Assembly (NCBI RefSeq): GCF_009914755.1
Contig: NC_060933.1
DNA: 64,000 bases
Source: the human T2T-CHM13v2.0 reference genome, Homo sapiens
Reading direction: 5' to 3' (one strand)
In this document: piece after piece, positions 13,765 through 29,610 of the stretch
How the letters are laid out: each line of letters starts with the position of its first letter
Position numbering within the stretch: the first letter of the stretch is position 1
Notes under the pieces: model-generated
What the model was told of the DNA's origin: nothing
What the model saw: only the letters and a program-made list of their open reading frames with translations
Databases searched by the model: none
Translations under genes and position numbers: made by a program

Positions 13765-13965
13765 ATATATTGAGAAACTGAGCCATGTGCTAAGTCACCT
13801 GTGTGTGTTATTTCACTTGCTCCTCATGACAAATGTAGGGTTAACTATATTATTACCATACTTTCTTATCAGATGAGTACACTGGAGTTTTGAACATTTA
13901 AACTGCTTTCCCAAGCTTGTACGGTTTGTAGGTGGCAGTGGTTTCACCCAGAGCCTGTATGTTGA
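13765..13965 (-). mobile_element. MIR
   Basis: tcctcatgacaa...cagatgagtacactggag...ttcccaagcttgtac. Confidence 0.65.
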
Positions 13966-14957
13966 AGTCCTTCTGCACAGTTCTCCCTCTGTGGCTGAAT
14001 CACAGTGGAAGGAAGCCTGCTCCTGGGGTCTGAACTGTTATTGGTCCTCAACAGCTGATGCTCAGCAGATTTCTTTCTAGCACTCTCACATAATTTAGGC
14101 CTCAATGAGTCACATCCTATAATCGTTTTATGAGAACAAAGTGGCAAATAGCTAATTTAAAATTATCCCTGTCAAAAGAAGATAAGAAAATTACGTGTGG
14201 GTTTGATAAAAAACATTTTATATCTCTTCTAAAACACTTGTTAAATTTTATCGAGCTGTGACCTTATAAACTTAGACCTATAATGTATCAGCAAGCTACA
14301 TGCTCACTAGGAATCCAAATCCCCACTCAATATTCACTTTGCATTAATTAACTCAGTGTTTAATTTTGCTGTTTGTTTCCATCATCTTTAACATTATCGA
14401 CATGTGGTGACAAGGAGAAATATTTGACTACCGCATTACCTTTTTTTTCTCTCTCTTGTTCCGCTAGTGGAGGTTTAAAAACTAGTGAAATGGTCAAGAG
14501 TCAAAAACATTGAGCAAAATAAAACAATGAAAACAGAGGCACCAATTAATCCACAGCCTGGAAAATGAACTAACAAATTTGCCCTCATCTGTGTTATCTT
14601 AATCCAATGCCAGAGTTCCTTTCCTCCTCTATTTATACATTTTTAAAATCTTCCCTTCAGTTTATCTCCATTTATCATGCTACAATTCCCCAAGTTGGAT
14701 ATAAAAGTAATGTAGGAAGAGACTTTCCTCTCAGTTTCTATTTTAATCTGTGCATTAGGCCATTTCTTCATTAGTAGTTATTAGACACTCAGCAAATGTT
14801 TACTGTCATAAAGAGCTCAGTTGACAAATCAGAGTAGAAAACACATCAAAACAGAAGAGATAGACAAAACTTAGCTATATGGAAAAGAACTCTACTGCCA
14901 TTAAATGGTGCAGGACAGAAAGAATGGTGAATTGTTAATGCTGTATTTCACGGATTC

Positions 14958-15945
14958 CTTTTTAAGAACTCTTTATCATGGAGAATTTCAAACATATACA
15001 AAATTAGAAAGAATAGTAAATGAACATATACTTGTCACTCAGCCCCAAAAACCAACCATCCATGGCCTTGACTGCATTAGTTTTCTATTAAGATGAAATG
15101 AGTCATCCCATATTGTAGCAGCTTAAAAAAAGTACATCTATTATTTCACAGTTTCTGTGGACTTGGTCTTTGCATTGGGCTTATTCGGGTTCTCTAGCTG
15201 TGGTTCTCTCACAGGCTGCAGTCATGTCAAGATTCACCTGGAAAGGATCCATTTCCTAGGCCCGATTCAGTTCCTCATGAGTTGTTGGCTGTAGACCTCC
15301 CTCTGTTCCTTTTCACATGGGCAGCTCTATAGAGAGCATCTCACAATATGGAGTTTGCTTCATCAGAGTGCCAACAAGAAAGAGAGAGCAAGGGAGAGCG
15401 AGCAAGACGGGAAGATTCAGTCTCACGAAAGAGGTACCTGATCGCCCTTGCCATATCTACTCCTTGGAAAAAAGTCACTAGGTCCAGCCCACACCCAAGG
15501 GGAGGGGATTACATGCCAGGAGGCAGGAATCCTTGGAGGCCACTTCCGAAGTCTGCCTGCCATGCCTCCATTCATCTCTACCCTCCAACATTATTTTAAA
15601 GCAAATCCCAGATATCATGTCATCTCTTCTGTAAATATTTCAACATACTTGCCTAAAAGATAAGGGCTCCTTCAAAAAATACATAACCAAATATGTCAAA
15701 AATATTCTCAAATATCCAGTGTTCAAGTTTTCAGTTGTCTCATGACTACCATGATGCATTGAAATTGATTATGTTTTAAAAATATATGTGAAGTCACTTT
15801 TAATCTATTATTTCTCTCTTCTCTCTTGCAATTTACTTGTTGAAGAAGCCAGCTTGTTTGACCTGCAGTTTCCTGTAGTCTGGGTTTTGCCAGTTGGATC
15901 CCTGTGGTGTTCATTTATCATGTCCTTTATATTTCCTTATAAATT
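14958..15945 (-). mobile_element. L1MC4/5-type 3' end, split by an MLT1 LTR
   Basis: atggagaatttcaaacatatacaaaa...; resumes with attattttaaagcaaatcccagatatcatg and atatccagtgttcaagttttcagttgtc. Confidence 0.75.
15073..15564 (-). mobile_element. MLT1F-type MaLR LTR
   Basis: tgcattagttttctatt...tatttcacagtttctgtgg...aagtcactaggtccagcccacacccaaggggaggggatt. Confidence 0.8.
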
Positions 15946-16504
15946 GATAATCATTTATTTTTAAGATAGCATTTTTCACAAATTGAAATTAGGACACATC
16001 TTATCATCAATGGCATTGTATTATAATTTCTCAGGTGCCAGTTATGATACTGTTGTCATTGCCCAGCCTGTGCAAACTTGTCTTGGCTATTTATATTTTT
16101 ATTGCATCAATTGAGTTGTGTGGTATTACGTGTGCTGAGTTTAAATGCCATATATTTTTTTTTTCAAAAAGATTATGCTATGATTATGTATTGAAAGGAA
16201 AAATTACTGTGTGTGCAGAAACACAGAAACAGAATAGAGGGGTATAAATTTGATATATTCATGACTGGACCTCAATAACTCCTTGACATTGGTGACAGCA
16301 AGCCAAGTAAGAACATTTGAGAAAGGAATGTGTGTCCTGATATTGCCTGAAAAGATCAAGGAAGCACCAGTATCAACACTTGCCAACTGGGTGTCAGTCC
16401 TTTGGAAGAAAATTCCATAGTCAATAGTGGAGTATTCTATCGTGTATTATCTTTCAACAAAATAGTATAGAAAAACATAGAGAGACTATTTAAAAAATCA
16501 TAGA

Positions 16505-16935
<431 letters not shown>

Positions 16936-17449
16936 TTAAGTGAAAGTGATAAGAAACAGCGTTGCAGAATCAATATTATCCTAATTGACACCCAGGGAGA
17001 AGATTGGAAAGAAATATATCAAATTGCTACTAATGATGAGATTCTGGGACACTTATTTTTTCATTTATATTTTGTTTTTGTTTTTCTGGATTCATTATAA
17101 TAAACAAGGATACTGTTCAAAACCAGAAGAAAACCCCACAAACCCCAGCAAATATTATTTTTGTGAAGGCACCATGTCAGAAGACTAATATGCCGGGTTG
17201 TGGGATGGCTTTTGTGAGAGAAGCTCTGGATGTCCTCAGGCTCACAGACTGGGGGTGAATTATATTTCTTGACTGTGGAGGCCCTTGACAATCTTTGTGT
17301 CAATGGACCCTGCCTCTTCCTGCTTGTGAAGCAAGCAACCTGTCCACCCCTGACTCTGGCAGTCTTTGATGCTGACTCATGAGGGATTTTCTCCAATCCT
17401 TATTGGTTGTTTTCCAGATTGCCCAGGTATAATGTTCTGATGATGAGCT

Positions 17450-17497
17450 TGGGTTCTTTCCATGAAGATTTTCTGGGTTCTTTCCATGAAGATTTTT
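17450..17497. repeat. 24-bp tandem duplication tgggttctttccatgaagatttt x2
   Basis: Directly visible. Confidence 0.9.
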
Positions 17498-17989
17498 TTT
17501 TTTTTTTGGTAATGTCTTAACTGGTAGCATTTTAGCTAGCACTTTCATTGTTTTGGATACAGAGGAGTCTGGAAAAATAAGTTTTAAGAAATAATTTCAA
17601 TAAGTATAAAATAAAAAAATGTAAATAATAAGAAGGCATTTTTATCAGTTTAATTGGTAAGTTTTTTTTCCTTGGTGGCTATTAAAATAACTGTGTGTTT
17701 TTCAGCTAAGTTATCAGGTTTGATGAAATATATTAATAATAACAAAACTAAAAAAAAAAAAAAGAAAAAAACTGAATAAATTCTCTCCTCTACAGCTAAG
17801 ATTAGGAGATTTGGGGATTTATCTCTTTCTTCTCTCATCATATGTCTTTTCTTGTTGATAATCTCACATTTCCTTGACAGCAGACACCATAAGTTGCTAA
17901 ATACATCATGAACTGAATAACAACAGCTTTTCAGAAAAAAATAGGTACCTATAAAGTTGCACAACTTTCTTTTTCCTGACAGATATATA

Positions 17990-18773
17990 TTCTTCAGTTC
18001 ATAAGTTTGGTTAAAGCATAAGCTTTTTTGCATTTAAAGTCCAAATATTCTCCTGGGTCTATTTGGACACCGTCCATGGGATCATGGTGACTTCTCCACT
18101 TCTCAGAACCTGAGTTTTATAGTCTGTTCCTCTTTAGCATGTTCAGGAACAAAAGACTAATTTCAAGGCATATCACAGTATTTCAGGCTTCATGAACAGT
18201 TCCCATGTGGTTAAAATCATCATTACATTTTTTTTCCTTTTAATTGAATCACATATTGATGGACATTAGACAGTTCTTAAGAGTCAGCTGGGAATTTCTG
18301 ATGGATGGATGATGGTATCAGAGTGATAGTCATTTAGGATTCAAGAACAGACATCATCAAACCTTCATAGTTTTAAGAAACACATGCCCATCCTAAGAGA
18401 TTTGGCAATTGCTATTGCATGTAATTGTGCTGCACAGAGCACGATAATTCTGCAAAAACAATACTCATTTGTTTCTCTGTAAAATTTCATATGTTCTTTT
18501 CGAAGACATTTTAAATGACAATTGAAATCCAAATTTTAAAAAAGGTTCAACAACATGCCATACTAACAAGGCTTATATCTCAGCTTAGGTGAGACTCAGA
18601 TGAATCTCTAACCTTCTACACACATGCTAAATTTGCACATGTGCAGGCATTGACATCTATGTCACAACTCCCTCCTCTGCCAAGTTTCTTTTGGCACTGG
18701 TTATAAATTACATGCGAATTTGAGATATGTTAAAATGTGAAAAGTTCTGCATCTTAGACTTGATGAAATTCAG
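17990..18773 (-). mobile_element. Second Kanga1/Tc2-like remnant in opposite orientation
   Basis: Right end gttaaaatgtgaaaagttctgcatcttagacttgatgaaattcag|TA is the reverse complement of the MER104/Kanga terminus; minus strand has catttaaaatgtcttcgaaaag and a DMP...HAKE...GSEK transposase-like stretch near 18060-18180. Confidence 0.65.
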
Positions 18774-18779
18774 TAATAA

Positions 18780-18975
18780 ATAACATTTATTGAGTATGGA
18801 TAATATGCTTGATGCTTTACTTATTTCACTTAGTCTTCGTAATTACTATAATTACTTTATGAAGATTTACCGTTATTGTCCCCATTATACTGATGAAGAA
18901 AACAGAGACTTAGGGAATTTAAACTTAACATTCACTCAAGTGAAAGGCAGAACTGAGTCAAAGTTTGAATTTGAA
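18780..18975 (-). mobile_element. MIR
   Basis: taacatttattgag...ccccattatactgatgaagaaaacagagacttag. Confidence 0.8.
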
Positions 18976-19040
18976 AGCACATACTGTATTTCCTTCCCCA
19001 ATTTCATCCCAGTAAAGCCTTACTTTTTAAAGCCTTACTT

Positions 19041-19250
19041 GTGCTGTCCAAAAGAACTTTCTCTGATGAAAATGTTCTCCATCTGAGCTGTCTACTATGG
19101 TATAGCCAGTAGCTACCTGGGACTATTGAGCCCTTGAAATGAGGTTAGTGTGACTCAGCAACTAACATTTTAATTTTATTTAATTTTAATTAATTTAATT
19201 TTAAACAGGCATATGTGGCTGGTGGCTCCCATACTGAATAGGGCAGCACT
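19041..19250. mobile_element. MER3 (hAT-Charlie MITE)
   Basis: gtgctgtccaaaagaactttctctgatgaaaatgttct...ttttaattttatttaattttaattaattt...atgtggctggtggct. Confidence 0.8.
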
Positions 19251-19639
19251 GGAATGAAGGTAACTGTATTTTCAGGAAAATACCAAAGAATTAAGGGACA
19301 CAGAATTCACTTTTTGCTCTTGCAAAAAGTCATGCAAAAACCTCTTGCAAAAAGTCATGTCTACACAAGTGCAAATATTCTGAAGTAATTACTTCTCTGG
19401 GACAGTTTGACTATTTTCATGGCCTTTTGGAAGCTGGTCAGGAGATCTCTGCTTAAACAAAAGGGAGCAGCTAGAAAAATTATCTTATTATTGCAAAGGG
19501 TATTTACTTATGATGTAGAGATGTCTTTTATGGGATTCTTCTTAAGTTTACTTAGGTTTACTGTGACCATATTTTTGTTGATATTTTTATTAATATTTTA
19601 TATTGGTAAAATAATTTATATTTTACTTATCAGTTTCCA

Positions 19640-19820
19640 ATTATCTTATAAAACTTTTCTAGACATCCTATAAGGTAAGCAGAATTGGTATTAGTGTTCC
19701 CATTTTACAGATGAAGAAATTGAGACTCAGGGAGTTTGTATAACTTGCTTGGGGCCACAAAGGTAAGGAGTTGACTTACCTGGAACTGGTACCTAGATTT
19801 TGTGACTTTTAGTCTTCTGT
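19640..19820 (-). mobile_element. MIR
   Basis: cccattttacagatgaagaaattgagactcag core. Confidence 0.8.
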
Positions 19821-19907
19821 GTTTTCCATTGCAAGGGGTTGTTTCTATACAATTGGATTCAAGCATATATCACCAAACGAACTCTGCTGATAGAAACTCA
19901 GACCTTG

Positions 19908-20433
<526 letters not shown>

Positions 20434-22900
20434 TTAACTAACTTCAGTCCCAGTGGCTGTGGTGGGAGATCAGTTGCAGCTGCGCTAATTCTGCTACCCT
20501 TCAATGTGGCCATATGAGCAAGTGTTAGGTTTGCACTTTGCAGAGAAAATGAATATGTCATAATCCCAATTCCTCCCTGGGTATTTTGGTTGGCTTCAAG
20601 TGCCATTCCTTTTGTAATTAAGTGGGAAAGAGAAAACAGATGGTCACCTTGTCAAATCTTGTTTTCAAGTTAAATACACACAGCCTTTTTTCCTAAGTAG
20701 GATAATTCCTTTTTAATGGTAACGCTTTAAGACAGGGAAACATTGGTGGCTGTGTCTAGAGTGCAATGAATCTGCATGTATTGTCTACCTGCTTGAACAG
20801 TGAGCTTGGAAAAAAAAAAGTCCTTGATTTTTAAGAACGTGCCACCTAGAATCTTCTGTGTTGTCTATAACTGTGATTATTTAGCTTCTCTCTTATTCAG
20901 CCTTCTCAGGGTTACACCTTCTCCACATATGGCTAAAGTGCATGCATGGAGCAATGATATTTACCTGGAGACTAGACAGTGCCATTCAACTGGATATTAA
21001 AGGAACAGTGAGGAGAGTTCCTCTGGTGGTCCCACTATCTCTGCATTTTATTTACTTTTGGATATTGAGAAGGATCTGGAGAGGTGAAAGAATTGAATGA
21101 CTCAATAATTCCTCAAAACTGGAAGCAATCTCTTATCCATTAACTTCCTGGAACAATGAGGACCAATTGATTAGGGAGCTCTTAGGTCCTTCTTAGATCT
21201 TTCTCCATGCTATGAGGAACATAGAGAAAATACCATCATTTTTTTCAAAAAATTATAAAACAATATAGTGAGAATCGATTGAATGCTGTCTACTGGGCAC
21301 TTTATGGCCCTCTAAGAGTATATCTAGATCAATTGCTTTATTAGAATGATGAGATAACTAGTCCCTCTCCCCTGCTTTTGTGAAGGGATAGGGAAATGAG
21401 AAACGGATCTTGTCTTTGCTAATTCCAAAGTCTCTCTTTCACTCCCTTAAGTGCTTCTTTCTTACTTTCTTGTCCTTTTACCGTTACACTCTCTGGAACA
21501 TCCACACTATCCAGACAGAGAGAAAACCTTGATTCAGCTTCTATTCTAGAAAAACACAAGATTTTTGTCACTGCTTTGCTAGCAATCAACAGTGATTTCT
21601 TGAGTGCCTACTGTGTGCTTAGAAGTGTGTTGGAGTCCTCCCTCTTTCCCTTAAGCGGAACACATTGATTTTTAGAACACTTTTAGTTAAGACTTTAATT
21701 TAAAATCCAATGTTATTTTAAAAATGTTTGTCATTCCTCCTGGATTTCTGAAGTCTTTTCCTGTCTATGTGTTGGCTTGGGGGAAATTTCCTTTTTCTTT
21801 GTTTATTTCATTTTGCTACAAGTAAAGGAGACAATTTAAGCTTGGTATTTTTGTGAAGTTTCTTTAAAAGCGTTTTGACATTGTGGTTGGTGGTCTGATT
21901 AGTTCAGAAAGAATTTGTATTTAGTATAAGTGCTTTTTATCTAAAAATATATAGCTTGAGAGACCAGCTAATACTGTGTACTCAACTTAAAATATGCCTA
22001 TGTACATATTTAAGCTCAGTTTGGCTAAAAAGTCCTTTGAACTAGAACATCACATACCACTCCCCAATTCCCATGCTCGAATGTTGGCTAACAGAGAGGA
22101 CAGTAAAAGATAAAGATCCCTTGAACATATAGAACCTATATAAGTCTAAATTTAAACAAATAACAACTGGACTTTAACCACTGCTGGACAAATATTATCA
22201 GCTCAGAAATGGAGACCTAAATACTGATTCATTGATTGTTTAATTAAATTTATTATTAATAAATTAATTGTCCAAAAAAAAAGTCTGGGTAGTATGAATT
22301 CCACTCTGAATGGGGCTACACAGCCAAAACAAATGACTTTTGCACAGGATTTTATTTTCCTCTATGATTCTTAAGGAAGGTCTTCTTTGGATTATTCACT
22401 GTTCTTGGCTTTTTTATTATTCCTGGAGGAAAGGCTGCACAAAACCACAAATATTTCAAATGTCATTGTTATCATTGAAATTACTCATTCAGACTGCAAA
22501 TGAAACCAGGAATGTTTTTGCCATTTAAAACTTCCAGAAGAAGAGTGAAAAAAATACAGAGTCTTCAAGGTTAAGCAGATGTGGTAAAAGCACATTCGTT
22601 CAATGTTTGTTTTGCTAATGAAAGTGAAAGTTTAATGCATGTTACAGATTTCTCCTCTGCCTTTTGTTAAACTGTTTTTTGATTATGAAGTTGAAAAAGG
22701 AAATTGTAAGAACATAATTTTCTTTAAGATCTGAAAACTCAAGAATTTTGATTGAGTGACATATATCTTTCATTTTTTAATTAATGCATTAATCTGTGTG
22801 GCATTGTAATTTATAATTTAGAAGTTATATTTTATTGAAAAGTGTTTTTAATAGTGTTAACTGGTTTGTTCATCTGGGACAGTTTGATGAGTTCAACTTT

Positions 22901-23226
22901 TTGTTTTTATATATATGTACATATTTTTTGAGACAGGGTCTCACTTTGTTGCCCAGGCTGCAGTGCAGTGGCATGATTATGGCTCACTGCCACCTGGAAC
23001 TCCTGGGCCCAAGCGATACTCCCACCTCATTCTTCTGAGTAGGTGGGACTACAGGCAAGTGCCAACAGGTCTAGCTAGGTGTTTTGGTTTTTTAAAAAAT
23101 ATCTTTTGTAGAGATAGGGTCTTCCTATGTTGCTCAGGCTGATCTCCAACTCCTAGGCTCAAGTGATCCTCTTGCCTCAGCCTCCCAAAGTGCTGGAATT
23201 ACAGGCGTGAGCCACCACGCCTGGCC
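22901..23226 (-). mobile_element. AluJ
   Basis: gagacagggtctcac, ctcctaggctcaagtgatcctc; TSD agttcaacttt. Confidence 0.95.
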
Positions 23227-23609
23227 AAGTTCAACTTTGTAAGAAAACTTACAAATTTCTCAGAACTGGTTTCTAAGACTTTGGTCTCTTTAACGATGCC
23301 TTTTTCACCCTTGGCCTAGGTACTTGATCTTGAAGTTCTAAAATGGGATTTTTCTCTTGGCTTGTATCCCAGCTTCCCACATTTTTTTGAGGGAGAACTT
23401 GAAGATGATTACAGGAATTCATTTTTTTTCCTCTTTGCATTTTGAAGATGAAGAAAACATTATCTGTGTGAAGTTTAAACTCCTAGATGATTACTTAGAG
23501 TAATAATAATAGTATGTGGTATTTACCTGAAAAGATGCTATGAGTTAAGAAAATTTTAATTCTTATTTTTTAAAAATGCTATTAGATTTAGGTACAGTTA
23601 AAAATATCA

Positions 23610-23891
23610 CTGTAATCCCAGCACTTTGGGAGGCCGAGGCAGGTGGATCACGAAGTCAGGAGTTCAAGACCAGCCTGGCCAAGATGGTGAAACCACGTCT
23701 CTACTAAAAATACAAAAATTAGCCGGACATGGTGGTGGGCGCTTGTAATCCCAGCTACTCCAGAGGCTGTGGCAGAGAATGCTTAAATATGTGAGGCGGA
23801 GGGTGCAGTGAGCCGAGATCTCCCCACTGCACTCCAGCCTGGGCGACAGAGCGAGACTCTGTCTCAAAAAAAAAAAAAAAAAAAAAAAAAA
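23610..23891 (+). mobile_element. AluS, 5'-truncated by ~20 nt
   Basis: Starts at ctgtaatcccagc; long A tail; flanks share atcactg. Confidence 0.95.
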
Positions 23892-24013
23892 TCACTGAGG
23901 TAGCTAATGGGTGATGGTTGCCAACTGATTTCTGGTGTTGACAACTAGATTTCCTTTTTGTTCTCCCTTCAACTTCAGTCATCCTGTAGTTACCACTTGC
24001 TGTCCCTCCCTGA

Positions 24014-24326
<313 letters not shown>

Positions 24327-25379
24327 TAATGAATACTACAGTTTGTTAAGTTCAATGCCTAACTAAATATGACCGATGAATGCTTACCAGCCACCTGAAA
24401 GTTAAGACCGGCTATGAAGCACCACCCCCGATCCCAGGGGTTACAACTTGAAATCAACATTTGCATATACCTTTAGAAAAATTATTATGGAAATTTCTGG
24501 AATGTTGCCATACTCCCTATTTGAATTCAAATGATAATATAGTCAATTCAGGAAAGAAAATCATCCTAAAATTTCGTATTATGATTAGAAGTGTAATTTC
24601 GCTGAAATAGAAAATTTCTAATTATTAAATTTGATGAGTCACCACTCTCTAAGCAAAGATTCTGGGCACTGAGACTTTGGAGACAATGACTACACTCGGC
24701 CCTGTGCTTGCCACATTGTTAGCACTCTATAAATATTTGCTGCATTAAAACTGAAAAGGTCACCCACTCTTAAAGTCAGGGAAAGCTTTACTAATTTTTC
24801 TTGTGTTGCTTTAAAACAGCATGCTGATTAATTTCCACTATGAAAATAAAAAGTTTTCTGTCTAAATCTAGCTAAGAATTTAATAATAATGGAGGAGTAA
24901 GAGGATGGACTGAGAAAGAAAGAGAAAAGAAAAAAGGAAGAGAGCCAGAGGAAGAAAAGAGAAGGGAGGAAGGAAGGAAATGAAGACAGTCTGCACCCGC
25001 ATTTGGTTGCTGTCCTGAGATTAAGCCCGACCACACGAAAACCCAAAGGAAGCAAGCATCATTTAACATTCAACTTGCAATTCATTTTGTGACTCTATCA
25101 TTATGCCAGCTCATTTGTCTGCAGTTTAAAATGTGTTATAAAGTCAAAACTTAGAAGTAAAATTCTTTCACTTCCTGATACTAGAGTGAGCGTAGTACAT
25201 CTGCCTGTTTTGGATCATTTCTAAGCATTTCTCAAAGGTTAGTTCCACTTTGCCTGAAAGATCGTGTTTTGAACCATTAAAAACTGTTGGCTCAAAACTT
25301 CGTCAGATCACAATTTCTTTTTTAAAATTATCTCTTGGCAGATATTATCATTTAAAAGGTTTAACATTAGTTACCCTGC

Positions 25380-26650
25380 TCTATTAATTTTATTTCTAAA
25401 ATGTCTCTTGAATATATCTGCTTTTATCCATCCCTCTAGGCACTTTCATTATGTCCTTAACACCTCTCACCAAGCCTGTCACTAGGTCCTAGGTTGCCTT
25501 CCGTTCCAATCTTCACTAATTTAATTATTTCTTTAGGCTGTTAGCAGGATTATTTTCCCAGGAAATACGATACATCCTGAATTGTTTTTTTCTTCCAAAC
25601 CCTTCAGGGGTTTGTATTTGCTTATATAACAAAAGTTTGGAGTACCTGGTAAATATTCAAGATCTTTTATCATTGACTTCTCAAATACCATCTCAGTCTC
25701 AACTTCTCCTCCCTTCCTTGTTATATTTCTGTACCAATGAGTTACACAAATGCACTGGATAGTTTCACATTTCTTTGTCTCTGTTCATGTTAATTCCTCA
25801 TCCCAAAAGTCCTTACTCTGCTTTTACAGTTTTGGAAATCCTAGCTCAACTCAAATATCACTTCCTCCATGAAACCCTGAGTGTATTACTCAGCTGAAGG
25901 TAATTGTTCTTTCCTCTATCCCTACGTGAAGTAAATTAATATGATGTTAGAGATGGAAAAAGTTTTACACTTCAATCATTCTCCATTCAGGCATCATCTT
26001 GGTATTGGAGAGGCAATTTAGTTTTCAATGAAAGATACAAATGAGAGTAAATAAAAGAAGTATTTATTGGCTCAAGTAACTGAAAATCCAGTAGTTCGGC
26101 TGGCTGAATTCAGTGCCTGGCTAATGTTCTCAGCGATCTGTCCCTTATTATATTTCCTGGCTCTGATTTTCTCCATGTTGGGTTCAGTCTTAAGCAGACC
26201 CTACACTCATATATGATGGGAAAGCGGTTCTCAGAAGCTCCAGATTTACATAGTATTTTTAGCTCTCAATCTCCGAAGGAGAGAAATCCTCTTTCACAGC
26301 ATTTATATCAACTCGTCATATGACTTGGATTGTTTGGAGGTGGGACATGTGTCTACCTTGGGGCTATCATTGTCTCTGGGAAGCCTGGGTTATCGGATTG
26401 GCCAGTCTGGGTCATAAGCTTGTCTCTATGATGAAGGAGGTAGGGTCATGTGATGAACAGGCAGAATCATGTAGAGTGAGAAACGGTTTCCAAAAAAAGT
26501 AATTTTTATTTGTTACATTCTCTATTGGGTACTTTCATTTGCCCTCTGTTACAGCTAACTGTTTATTTGTATCTGATCTTTGAATTTTAAGATTATTGAG
26601 AGCAAGAATCAAAACACATTTAATAAATGTTTGTCTCTTAGCTGAATGAA
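25380..26650 (+). mobile_element. LINE-2 3' fragments, interrupted by an MLT1 LTR
   Basis: ctagctcaactcaaatatcacttcctccatgaaaccct; terminal aataaatgtttg...tgaatgaa. Confidence 0.6.
26000..26500 (-). mobile_element. Old MLT1 (K/L-like) MaLR LTR
   Basis: tttattggctcaagtaactgaaaatcc...ctccatgttgggttcagtctt...gattggccagtctgggtcat. Confidence 0.7.
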
Positions 26651-27076
26651 GGACCCAACAGGCAGACAACAAATGAAATAATATCTAAAGTCACCATTTT
26701 ATTTGACTTATGTTCTTTCATACCTTTTTAAACCTCATTGACGAGACTTGATACTTTCCTGTAATTAAGGAAAATTGGCCGTCACATAAAATGGTGGACA
26801 GGATTAATTTTGAGATACAATCAATTTACTTAAAATATCAGACCCCAAATACTTCTAGCCATGATTTGGCTAGCAAAAGCCATTATAAATTAAAGTTTTC
26901 CCCTTTAGAAAAATTATTGCTGTTACTAGAAAAAATGTTGATATCGTTTATTACCATTACTAAAACAACAACACTTGATGCTTGCATTAAAAAATTTATC
27001 ATAATTTGACAGTTTTGTTTTATAGTTTTAGGAAATACAAGGTCTCTCCAAGTAGAGTATTAAAATCTTCAAAATG

Positions 27077-27366
27077 GGCCAGGCGCGGTGTCTCATGCCT
27101 GTAATCCCAGCACTTTGGGAGGCCAAGGCAGGCAGATCGTGAGGTCAGGAGTTCGAGACCTGCCTGGCCAACATGGTGAAACCCATCTCTACTAAAAATA
27201 CAAAAAATTAGCCAGGCGTGGTGATGCACGCCTGTAATCCCAGCTACTCCGTAGGGTAAGGCAGGAGAATCGCTTGAACCCAGGAGGCGGAAGTTGCAGT
27301 GAGCCTAGATGGTGCCATTGCACTCCAGCCTGGGCGACAGCGAGACTCCATCTCAAGGAAAAAAAA
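27077..27366 (+). mobile_element. AluS (Sg-like)
   Basis: Full dimer; 15-bp TSD aaaatcttcaaaatg. Confidence 0.97.
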
Positions 27367-27611
27367 AAAATCTTCAAAATGGAAAATTAAAGAGTAGTTC
27401 CTTTTTTCTGTTCTTAGTAACTTTAGCTAATCTAAGGAAATAAAAGGAAATAGACCCGCTTTGCAGTCTTCGCTCAAAATAATTTACCTGCTTTATTTAA
27501 ACTAGTTATTTCATTGGCATGATGTTCCACAAGACCATTGATCACCATGGCCATGACATGAACAGTACCATATTGTGAGCACCTAATTTGTATTGTTTTC
27601 TTCAATTAGCA

Positions 27612-27922
<311 letters not shown>

Positions 27923-27984
27923 CAATGAGCTTTTAATAAAGTAATGTGTAAGCTTGTTTTCATCAAGTCTGTGTTCTAGAGATT

Positions 27985-28235
27985 GTGTAGTGTAAATGCA
28001 AGCATTCTGGATTTGGAACCAGACTTAACCTAATATGAAATCTAACTCTGCCACTGCTTAGCTCTTGGTGTCACAAATCACTTAGCCTCCCTGTCCCTCA
28101 GTTTACTGCTTTGCGAAATGGGGCTAATAATATCTGGTTCAGAGAACTGTGAAGAATGAAGGGGTAATGTGATATTGTTGACAGAGTATATGGCACATTG
28201 TAAGGGCTCAATCTAATATAAAGACTATTATCATT
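27985..28235 (+). mobile_element. MIR
   Basis: ctctgccactgcttagct...cctcagtttactgctttgcgaaatggggctaataata. Confidence 0.8.
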
Positions 28236-29274
28236 ATGGCTCCTATTATACTGCTACTAGTACTAATTGCTTTCTAGAAAAAAGCAAAGCTGTAAATCAC
28301 TGAGGAAGGGATATTTGATCGGTCTTACTAAAGCACTCCTGCTTAAAGGGAAAAATGTTTGTGGTGTAAATGTTGGAATTTGTAAGACAGAGCAATGTTC
28401 TTATTTCACCACTGAAGAAATGCCCTGCTTTCAACCTTTTGATGGACAGATGTCTTTGCTGCTTTTACATCCCACCCCACCATGCTCTTCCTCCCTAACT
28501 GCAACTACCAGTATTTTGTGACAAAAGACTCTTCCTCCCTAGATAGACTGTGGGGATCACTAGGCCAGTCCCAGTGTGACTTCTTACTTCCCATAAGATA
28601 GAAATGTCTTACTCCATTTGAGATTAAATTTGATCTTTCTGGGAAATGTAAAGCTACTGTACTCCAGTTTCTTAAATATAAAGGTTGTGAGGTGAAGCAA
28701 GGCATAGCATACATGGAGATCTAAATAGCCATCCCAGGGTTCTAATGAGGCCACAAATCACAGAACTCCATTATGGTCAGAGTCGTGGTAGCATTAGACT
28801 GACCATAGCTTGCTTAACCTTACTGGTGCCACAATTTTGGGGTAAGCACATTATCTCCCTGTAAAGCACATTTCTATTTAATACGTGCACATGCAGCAGG
28901 TATTTATTCTTACACCAGTTCCCCACCCATCGTTATTTGCTGTGAATAGTAATTTTAGAAAATATTTATTTTGCAATGATTTTGGACTTATGAAAGTGTC
29001 ACAAGACTGGTTTAGAGAATTAAGGACTTTATTTGGATTCACCAATTTTATTTTGAAGGAACACGTGCTAGAGGTTTTAGCTCATCATTAGTGAGGGAAA
29101 CAGGCAAATATTACAGCTAGTTCAAAGGTTCATTTATAGATCAGGAATATCAAAATACATTTGCATATGGATGCAAGCTAGCTTCTTCTGCAGAAATGGA
29201 AGGAAGACAACCTCTACTTGACAGAATTTATTTACTGCCTCTCGACAAGAATTACTTTGCATTGCTCTGCTAAT

Positions 29275-29610
29275 TCACTAATGTTTAACATTTTGCCACA
29301 TATCCTTTGTCATTCCCTCTTTCTCTAATTAAATTTTTCTGAACCCTTTGAGAGTAATTTGTATGCATCATGCCTCATACTCTTTAGTACCTTTAATTCA
29401 CTGTGAATTGTCTAAGAAAACACATTCTCTTACATAACCACAACAAATAATTAAATTCAGGAAACTTATCATTGATACAATACTTTAATCTACAGTTCAT
29501 GTTTTGTCAGTTGTCCTAATAATGTCCTTGATAGCATTTTTTCCATTCTGTAGCACTGAATTCAGTCCGGGGTCCCACATTTCATCTAGTTATCTTTAGT
29601 CTCCTTTATA
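29275..29610 (-). mobile_element. L1MC-type 3' fragment
   Basis: acattctcttacataaccaca...aaattcaggaaacttatcattgatacaatact...agttgtcctaataatgtcc. Confidence 0.75.
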
